Virus record (IMG/VR): IMGVR_UViG_3300028888_000051
Coordinates: 163,384-227,383 of that record
Reading direction: 5' to 3' (one strand)
DNA length: 64,000 nt
Source of the DNA: a virus
Taxonomy: Duplodnaviria; Heunggongvirae; Uroviricota; Caudoviricetes
Shown: positions 55,115 through 61,059 of the stretch, piece by piece
How positions within the stretch are numbered: the stretch's first letter is position 1
How the letters are laid out: each line of letters starts with the position of its first letter
Notes under the pieces: generated by a model
The model's database searches: none
The model's input: only the letters and a program-made list of their open reading frames with translations
Told to the model about the DNA's origin: nothing
Program-made: the position numbers and the translations under genes

Positions 55115-55145
55115 AGGGACTTGAAATATAGTCCCTTATTTATTT
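55115..55145 (+). terminator. rho-independent-type terminator after the tail tube gene
   Basis: Stem AGGGACT/AGTCCCT, 8-nt loop, T-rich tail. Confidence 0.6.
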
Positions 55146-55149
55146 TTAC

Positions 55150-55161
55150 GGTTTTACATTT
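55150..55161 (+). repeat. GGTTTTACATTT direct repeat, left copy
   Basis: Identical 12-mer at 57170..57181; a related CTTTTACATTTT at 55090..55101. Confidence 0.6.
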
Positions 55162-55170
55162 TTTATATTT

Positions 55171-55189
55171 AGTTCTATTATATATAAAG
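55171..55189 (+). promoter_or_regulatory. AGTTCTATTATATATAAAG box upstream of the homing-endonuclease-like gene
   Basis: About 40 nt upstream of ATG 55218. Confidence 0.4.
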
Positions 55190-55217
55190 TTTAAATTAAT
55201 ATTGATAAAGTGAGAAT

Positions 55218-57167
55218 ATGAAAAATATTTGTAAAAATTGCGGCAAAGAATATGAATTTGAACCAAAGCATGGAACCTATAAATTTAAGTATTGTTCTCA
55301 AGAATGTAAACATGCCTTTGCGAAAAAAGATGAAGAACCACAATATAGGATTTGTGAATATTGTGGTAAAGAATATTGGTGGAGTAATTCGTTTAAAAAT
55401 TATAAAGAATATGTACATATAGATACAAAACGTTTTTGTTCTGCTGAGTGTAGTAAAAATTATAAAAAAGAAAAAATTAAACAAACATGTTTAAAAAAAT
55501 ATGGTGTTGAATATATTTCACAAACTGCAGATGTTAAAGAAAAAATGAAAAATGCATGGAAAAATAAATCAGAAAAAGAATTAAAATTGCGTCAAGAAAG
55601 TAGAAAGCAAACTAATTTAAAAAAATATGGTGTTGAACATGTATCTAAATTATCTGAAATTAAAGAAAAAGTAAAGCAAACAAATTTAAAAAAATTTGGT
55701 GCTGAATTTTATACACAAACAGATGAATATAAAGAAAAATATAAACAAACCAATCTTAAAAAGTATGGTGTAGAGCATTGTTCACAAGTACCAAAAATAG
55801 CAGAAAAAATAAAAAATAGTCTATTAAATAAATCTAAAGAAGAATGGGTTAAAATTATAGATAAGAGAAAGCATACTAATTTAGAGAAGTATGGTACAGA
55901 AAGTGCTTCTCAGAATAATGATATAAAACAAAAAGTAAAACAAACTAATTTAAAAAAATTTGGAAACGAAATAGCAATTCAATCAGATATTATACAATCT
56001 AAAATTAAACAAAATAATCTTGAAAAATATGGTGTAAAATATAGTATAGCATCTAATGAAGTACAAGAAAAAATTCGTACTACAAATTTGAAAAGATATA
56101 ATTATGAATATCCATTTCAATCTGAAGAATTAAGAAAAATTATGGAAGAAAATAGAAAAAAGACGAATCTTAAAAAATATGGTACAGAAAACATTAGTCA
56201 AGTTAAAGAATTTAAAGAAAAAGCAAAAAATACATGTTTGAAGAAATATGGTGTACCATATAATTGTATGACTGAAAATTGTTTAGAAGTAGGACATAGT
56301 ACTATATCTAAAATAAATTTGGCTTTTAAAAATAAATTAGATAAATTAAATATTCAAAATAAACTAGAATTTCATATTGATAAATGGAGTTATGATTTTT
56401 TATGTAATGATAAGTTTTTAATTGAAATTAATCCTAGCTATACACATAATTCATCTAATACTAAAAAACGATTGGAATTTATGAAGCCAAAAGATAAATA
56501 CTATCATTTTAACAAAACTAAATTAGCTTATGAAAATGGTTATCAGTGTATTCATATATGGGATTGGGATGATAAAGAAAAAATTTTAAATATACTTGTT
56601 GATAAAAAGAAAATATATGCTAGAAAATTAATATTAAAAAATGTATCAAATGAAGAATGTAATGAGTTTTTAAATTCATATCATTTACAAAATACATGTA
56701 AAGGACAAACTATTAGATTAGGTTTATATAAAGATAATGAATTGATACAATTAATGACATTTGGAAAAGCGAGATATACAAAAAATTATGAATATGAATT
56801 ATTAAGATTATGTACAAAAGCAGAATATAAAGTTATCGGAGGAGCAGAAAAATTATTTAAACATTTTTTAATTATATATAATCCAAAATCTATAATTTCT
56901 TATTGTGATAATTCAAAATTTTCAGGAGAAGTATACAAAAGATTAAATATGAATTTGAAAGATTATGGAACACCAAGAAAGCATTGGTATCATATAGAAA
57001 AAAATAAACATATTACAGAAGCACTTTTACTTCAAAGAGGTTATTCACAATTACACGGTGATAAAGAACATATAAAAGGTGAAAATAATGAAAAACTGAT
57101 GTTAGAAGCAGGATATGTAGAAATATATGATTCTGGTCAAAGTACATATGTTTGGCATAAAAACTAA
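55218..57167 (+). CDS. free-standing homing-endonuclease-like protein (649 aa): two Zn ribbons, ten tandem repeats, nuclease-like core, C-terminal domain
   Basis: CKNCG..CSQEC and CEYCG..CSAEC. Ten copies of K.TNLKKYG.E..SQ...(I/V)KEK.KQ. YDFLCNDKFLIEINPSYTHN resembles the DUF559/Vsr-like PD-(D/E)xK core. ARKL..KNVS..E...FL..YHLQ tail. Confidence 0.55.
   Translation: MKNICKNCGKEYEFEPKHGTYKFKYCSQECKHAFAKKDEEPQYRICEYCGKEYWWSNSFKNYKEYVHIDTKRFCSAECSKNYKKEKIKQTCLKKYGVEYISQTADVKEKMKNAWKNKSEKELKLRQESRKQTNLKKYGVEHVSKLSEIKEKVKQTNLKKFGAEFYTQTDEYKEKYKQTNLKKYGVEHCSQVPKIAEKIKNSLLNKSKEEWVKIIDKRKHTNLEKYGTESASQNNDIKQKVKQTNLKKFGNEIAIQSDIIQSKIKQNNLEKYGVKYSIASNEVQEKIRTTNLKRYNYEYPFQSEELRKIMEENRKKTNLKKYGTENISQVKEFKEKAKNTCLKKYGVPYNCMTENCLEVGHSTISKINLAFKNKLDKLNIQNKLEFHIDKWSYDFLCNDKFLIEINPSYTHNSSNTKKRLEFMKPKDKYYHFNKTKLAYENGYQCIHIWDWDDKEKILNILVDKKKIYARKLILKNVSNEECNEFLNSYHLQNTCKGQTIRLGLYKDNELIQLMTFGKARYTKNYEYELLRLCTKAEYKVIGGAEKLFKHFLIIYNPKSIISYCDNSKFSGEVYKRLNMNLKDYGTPRKHWYHIEKNKHITEALLLQRGYSQLHGDKEHIKGENNEKLMLEAGYVEIYDSGQSTYVWHKN
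55476..56282 (+). repeat. ten tandem coding repeats of about 23-43 codons inside 55218..57167
   Basis: Repeat cores TCLKKYGVEY, TNLKKYGVEH, TNLKKFGAEF, TNLKKYGVEH, TNLEKYGTES, TNLKKFGNEI, NNLEKYGVKY, TNLKRYNYEY, TNLKKYGTEN, TCLKKYGVPY. Confidence 0.8.
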
Positions 57168-57169
57168 AA

Positions 57170-57190
57170 GGTTTTACATTTCTATATAAA
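57170..57190 (+). promoter_or_regulatory. GGTTTTACATTT right repeat copy fused to a TTCTATATAAA box upstream of 57233..57601
   Basis: 12-mer identical to 55150..55161; the box is about 45 nt from ATG 57233. Confidence 0.45.
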
Positions 57191-57232
57191 TGATATATAT
57201 TTAATTAAGTATTAAATAGTGGCAAATATAAT

Positions 57233-57601
57233 ATGAATAGAATATATAATCTTGTACGTGATGATTTTAATTTAAATGATAGTAGTATTTTGTGTAGGCA
57301 AAGTACTTTATTTTGTATCTTAGAAGAAATAGCTACTAATGATTATTTTTCTGCTAAAGAATTTTTTATTAAACCTCAGGATGGTTATTATGGAAGTCGT
57401 GTCACATTAAGAAGAGAATCATGGGGTTATAAAATAGCAATAAAGCATAGTACTTTACCAGAAGATCCAACACAAACGTATAGACTTTATATGACTAGAA
57501 AAGAAATCGTAGAATTATATACATATTTTAAGTTATTTAATTTAAAAGTTATTAATCTTATTAATCATATTCATATTAATACTAGAGAGGCATATTTTTA
57601 A
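57233..57601 (+). CDS. hypothetical protein (122 aa)
   Basis: ORF following the promoter-like box; 1-nt overlap with the next gene. Confidence 0.5.
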   Translation: MNRIYNLVRDDFNLNDSSILCRQSTLFCILEEIATNDYFSAKEFFIKPQDGYYGSRVTLRRESWGYKIAIKHSTLPEDPTQTYRLYMTRKEIVELYTYFKLFNLKVINLINHIHINTREAYF

Positions 57602-58440
57602 TGAAAAATTTAAGAGAAATTGCTAATGATATAGCTGATAATCTAGGCATTTTAAGACCGACAGATAAACTTTTAAACAAAAATAGTTTATGGTATGATG
57701 TTTTATATAATACTTTAAAAACTTTAAATAAAGAATTTTCTGAAGAACTTGAATATTCTGAAACTATTGTTTTTGATAGTGAAACTTTTGAAGAAAAATG
57801 TATATTAGAAAAAGAAACAGATTATCCAGTTTTTGATGAATATTTATGTTTTTTATGTGGAATATATTTTTATTTACGTTATACAGCTCAGCCTTATGCT
57901 AAAGCTTGGGCTGAATATAATAATGAATTAGAAAAAAGAAAAGGTCCAAAAAAGCTTTGCTTGCAAGAAAATCATCTCTATAAGCATGGTACTAAACTTT
58001 ATTATGTTTCAGAATGGACATCTGGTAATGAAAAGGAGCTTGATGTTGAGGTATTTGAACAATGTAAGAAACCAAATGAAAATATTTATGAAGATACATT
58101 GTTTGATGATGATGTACAAATTAAAAGTGTTGAAGATTTTGAAAAATATATTGGAGACAGAAAGCTTGTTGATTTAGGTTTACTTGAAAATACAGTATAT
58201 AAATTCAAAGAGGTTCCAGGATTTGGACGTTGTACAAATAAAGTGCTTGTATATACATGTAGTTATGATAAAGATGATCTATGGAGAGCAAAATTAGAAA
58301 AACAAGAAATGCTTGAAATATTAGAAAAATGTAAACCTTTAATTACATCATATATTCAAGAGCTTTATTCAAAAAATGATGTGAATTATAAAGATTGGGA
58401 AAACGTACTTAAGGAGATAAATAAATGGATAAAAAAATAA
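57601..58440 (+). CDS. hypothetical protein (279 aa)
   Basis: Operon member. Confidence 0.5.
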   Translation: MKNLREIANDIADNLGILRPTDKLLNKNSLWYDVLYNTLKTLNKEFSEELEYSETIVFDSETFEEKCILEKETDYPVFDEYLCFLCGIYFYLRYTAQPYAKAWAEYNNELEKRKGPKKLCLQENHLYKHGTKLYYVSEWTSGNEKELDVEVFEQCKKPNENIYEDTLFDDDVQIKSVEDFEKYIGDRKLVDLGLLENTVYKFKEVPGFGRCTNKVLVYTCSYDKDDLWRAKLEKQEMLEILEKCKPLITSYIQELYSKNDVNYKDWENVLKEINKWIKK

Positions 58441-58856
58441 ATGTATGGATGTCTCCAAAGTGTGGTGAAAATTGTTCAATATCAATTAATAATAGTATAT
58501 TGTTTACATTATATGATCCTAAAGAAATGTTTTTAATTAATTTAGCTAATATAATTGAAATGAAAAATAATAATAAAGAACAAGAAATTAAAGATAATAC
58601 AATAATTACTCTTCAAAATATTAAAGATGATATACAAATAAAATATTGGTTATTAAATGAAGATAACAATATAGCAACAGCTTTTGTTGAAATGGTAATT
58701 AAACAAAAAAATTATAATGAACTTTATGATATGTATAGTTTATTTAAAATGAATAAAAATTATATAAATAAATATATAAATATTATAGAATCTGATAATT
58801 TTAAATATAATGAATTAAGACGGTTATTTCAAAATGGATGTCTTATTTTAAATTGA
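58425..58856 (+). CDS. hypothetical protein (143 aa)
   Basis: Operon member; 16-nt overlap with the upstream gene. Confidence 0.5.
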   Translation: MDKKINVWMSPKCGENCSISINNSILFTLYDPKEMFLINLANIIEMKNNNKEQEIKDNTIITLQNIKDDIQIKYWLLNEDNNIATAFVEMVIKQKNYNELYDMYSLFKMNKNYINKYINIIESDNFKYNELRRLFQNGCLILN

Positions 58857-58866
58857 GTTCTATGAA
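58855..58866 (+). promoter_or_regulatory. GAGTTCTATGAA box overlapping the stop of 58425..58856
   Basis: About 30 nt upstream of ATG 58893. Confidence 0.35.
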
Positions 58867-58892
58867 AAGTTAGTTAAGTTAAGGGTGATAAA

Positions 58893-59129
58893 ATGACAGA
58901 ACAAGAAGAAATTGAAGAAAAAATTAAACAAACAGCTATTAGAAATAATTTTGATTTATCTGATAATTTACATAAAATTGCTAAAGGTAAATTAATGTTT
59001 TTTGGAACAAAAATGTGGATGAAATGTCCATGTGATCCAGATAGTGATAGAGCTTGTATAAGTAAACATTGTAAACAAGATATTGAAAATGATGGTATTT
59101 GTCATTGTCAGTTATATAAAAAAAGATAA
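58893..59129 (+). CDS. small Cys-rich protein resembling the ferredoxin-thioredoxin reductase catalytic subunit
   Basis: CPC-x8-C-x4-C-x9-CHC-x-LY compares with the FTR CPC...CPC...CHC.LF arrangement (from memory). Confidence 0.4.
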   Translation: MTEQEEIEEKIKQTAIRNNFDLSDNLHKIAKGKLMFFGTKMWMKCPCDPDSDRACISKHCKQDIENDGICHCQLYKKR

Positions 59130-59155
59130 CTGATTAGAGTGTTATTTTTTATAAA

Positions 59156-59200
59156 TGGAAAAATAATTCAGTAGAATATTTTTATTACTTTTATTCTATA
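59156..59200 (+). promoter_or_regulatory. TGGAAAAATAATT ... GTAGAATA hairpin ... TTCTATATAAT element upstream of recA
   Basis: Shares ATAAATGGAAAAATAATT and GTAGAAT with the element at 60971..61034. Weak 7-bp stem TAGAATA/TATTCTA. Confidence 0.4.
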
Positions 59201-59231
59201 TAATACTTTTAATTATAAAAAGGAAATTAAA

Positions 59232-60326
59232 ATGGCTAAAAAAATAGAAAAAAAAGTTCAAAAGGAAAATTCTCGTGTAACTTCAGCATTATCATTACTT
59301 CGTAAAAAATTTGGTGATGATGCAGCAATGACTTTTAATGACATAGGTGTTACAAAAGTAGATGTAATTCCTTCTGGTTCTTTAAAATTAGACAAGATAT
59401 TAGGAATTGGTGGATGGCCACGTGGCAGAGTTACGCTTTTATGGGGTGATTATAGTTCTGGTAAATCAACGATATGTTTACAAGCCGTAGCTAATGCACA
59501 AAAAGAAAATTTAGTTTGTGCTTATGTTGATATGGAACATGCTTTAGATCCTATTTATGCTGAAGCACTAGGTTGTGATATGTCTGAATTAATTTTACTT
59601 CAACCAGATGGTGGTGAACAAGCACTAGAAGCTATTAAATTATTAGCACAAGAAAAAGCAGCTGATTTAATTATTCTTGATTCAATTGTTGCATGTGTAC
59701 CAGCAAGTGAATTAGATGGTGAATTATCTGATATGAATATTGGACGTCAAGCAAAGTTATTTAGTTCATTTTTTAAACAAGTTACTCCAGCACTTGAAAT
59801 AGCAAATTGTGCTTTAATTTGTACAAATCAAGTTCGCCAAGCTCCAGGTAAATATGGAGATGCATCTGTTTTACCTTGTGGAGAAGCTCAAAAATTCTTT
59901 GCTTCTATTATTTGCCGTACTCGTAGACAACAATCTCAAAAAGAAGAAAGTAAAGAAGGTGATATTATTGCAAATCAAATTAGTGTAACTACAGAAAAGA
60001 ATAAATTGGCCCCTCCATTCAGAAAAGCAGAATTAATGATTTATTATGGTAAAGGTTTTTCAGCAGATAATGAAATGTTAGATTTAGCTGTAGAATTTGG
60101 TATATTAACAAAAGCTGGAGCATTTTATAAATATAAAGGAGAAACTATTGGACAAGGATCTGCTAAAACTAAAATTTGGTTAGAAGAACATAAAGATATT
60201 AAAAATAATATAATGGAACAAGTTAAAGAAATTCTTATGAAGCCTAATAATGAAAAAATGATTTTAGAAAAAGAAGCAGAGTCAGAGTTAAATTATGATC
60301 CGGATACAGGTGAAATAATAGAATAA
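59232..60326 (+). CDS. recA: RecA recombinase (bacterial type)
   Basis: IPSGSLKLDKILGIGGWPRGRVTLLWGDYSSGKSTICLQ, AYVDMEHALDPIYAEALG, LIILDSIVA and CTNQVRQ are collinear with bacterial RecA. Confidence 0.9.
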   Translation: MAKKIEKKVQKENSRVTSALSLLRKKFGDDAAMTFNDIGVTKVDVIPSGSLKLDKILGIGGWPRGRVTLLWGDYSSGKSTICLQAVANAQKENLVCAYVDMEHALDPIYAEALGCDMSELILLQPDGGEQALEAIKLLAQEKAADLIILDSIVACVPASELDGELSDMNIGRQAKLFSSFFKQVTPALEIANCALICTNQVRQAPGKYGDASVLPCGEAQKFFASIICRTRRQQSQKEESKEGDIIANQISVTTEKNKLAPPFRKAELMIYYGKGFSADNEMLDLAVEFGILTKAGAFYKYKGETIGQGSAKTKIWLEEHKDIKNNIMEQVKEILMKPNNEKMILEKEAESELNYDPDTGEIIE

Positions 60327-60337
60327 GGAGAAATAAA

Positions 60338-60706
60338 ATGCTAGAATTTTTAAAAAAATTGTTAAGAATTGGCGAAAAATGTTATTGTGAAGGTATATGT
60401 CATTGTAAAAAGATTACATGTGATGGTCCAGATTTAGAAGAAGATTTTGATGAAACAATTACACGTAAAGATTATAAAATTACTATACCTTATAGTATAA
60501 ATGCAGAATTAAAAAAAGAAGGTATTTCGATTTCAGCTACAAAATATAATGGAAAACCTTCGTGTGTACAAATGTTTAAAGTAGTTGATGGAAAAGTAAA
60601 ATACATCGGTACATTAAAAACATATATGAACGTTAAATCTTTTAAAGATAACAACGTTTGTAATTTTAGTCGTGAAAACTTAATTTATAAAGAAAAGGAA
60701 AATTAA
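60338..60706 (+). CDS. hypothetical Cys-rich protein (122 aa)
   Basis: N-terminal CYCEGICHCKKITC cluster; lies between recA and the gapR-like gene. Confidence 0.5.
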   Translation: MLEFLKKLLRIGEKCYCEGICHCKKITCDGPDLEEDFDETITRKDYKITIPYSINAELKKEGISISATKYNGKPSCVQMFKVVDGKVKYIGTLKTYMNVKSFKDNNVCNFSRENLIYKEKEN

Positions 60707-60707
60707 A

Positions 60708-60965
60708 ATGACAGAACAAGTAGATGTTGAAGTCGGTGGTTTAAATACTGAAAGATTAAAATCTATTATTGAACGTATAGAAAATGTAGATAATGAGATT
60801 AATGCATTAAAAGAAGATAGAAAAGGTATAATGCTTGAAGCAAAATCTGCAGGTTTTGATACAAAAGCTATTACCCATGTTATTAAACAAAGAAAAAAGA
60901 ATAAAGCACAGCGAGATGAAGAGGAATTAGTTTTCGAAACCTATGAAAGAGCTGTTGGTTTATAA
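60708..60965 (+). CDS. gapR: GapR-like (DUF2312/UPF0335) DNA-binding protein
   Basis: LKSIIERIENVDNEINALKEDRKGIMLEAKSAGFDTKAITHVIKQRKKNKAQRDEEELVFETYERAVG is collinear with Caulobacter GapR as I recall it. Confidence 0.75.
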   Translation: MTEQVDVEVGGLNTERLKSIIERIENVDNEINALKEDRKGIMLEAKSAGFDTKAITHVIKQRKKNKAQRDEEELVFETYERAVGL

Positions 60966-60976
60966 TACATTATAAA

Positions 60977-61030
60977 TGGAAAAATAATTTAAATAATTTA
61001 GTAGAATCCATATAAAGTATGGATTCTATT
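60977..61030 (+). promoter_or_regulatory. TGGAAAAATAATT ... hairpin ... TTCTATTTTTATATTTA element upstream of polB
   Basis: Shares an 18-nt string with 59151..59168. The TTCTA box forms the 3' arm of the hairpin at 61002..61028. Confidence 0.4.
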
Positions 61031-61034
61031 TTTA
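61002..61034 (+). terminator. hairpin with T-run after the gapR-like gene
   Basis: Perfect 11-bp stem TAGAATCCATA/TATGGATTCTA, loop TAAAG, then TTTTT. Confidence 0.55.
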
Positions 61035-61059
61035 TATTTAAGTTAAAGGAGTCAATTTA

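Noticed and set aside
55476-56282. Regular tandem repeats as a CRISPR-like array
   Set aside because: The repeats are in frame within a single long ORF and are conserved at the protein level (K.TNLKKYG.E..SQ). There is no repeat-spacer structure and there are no cas genes.
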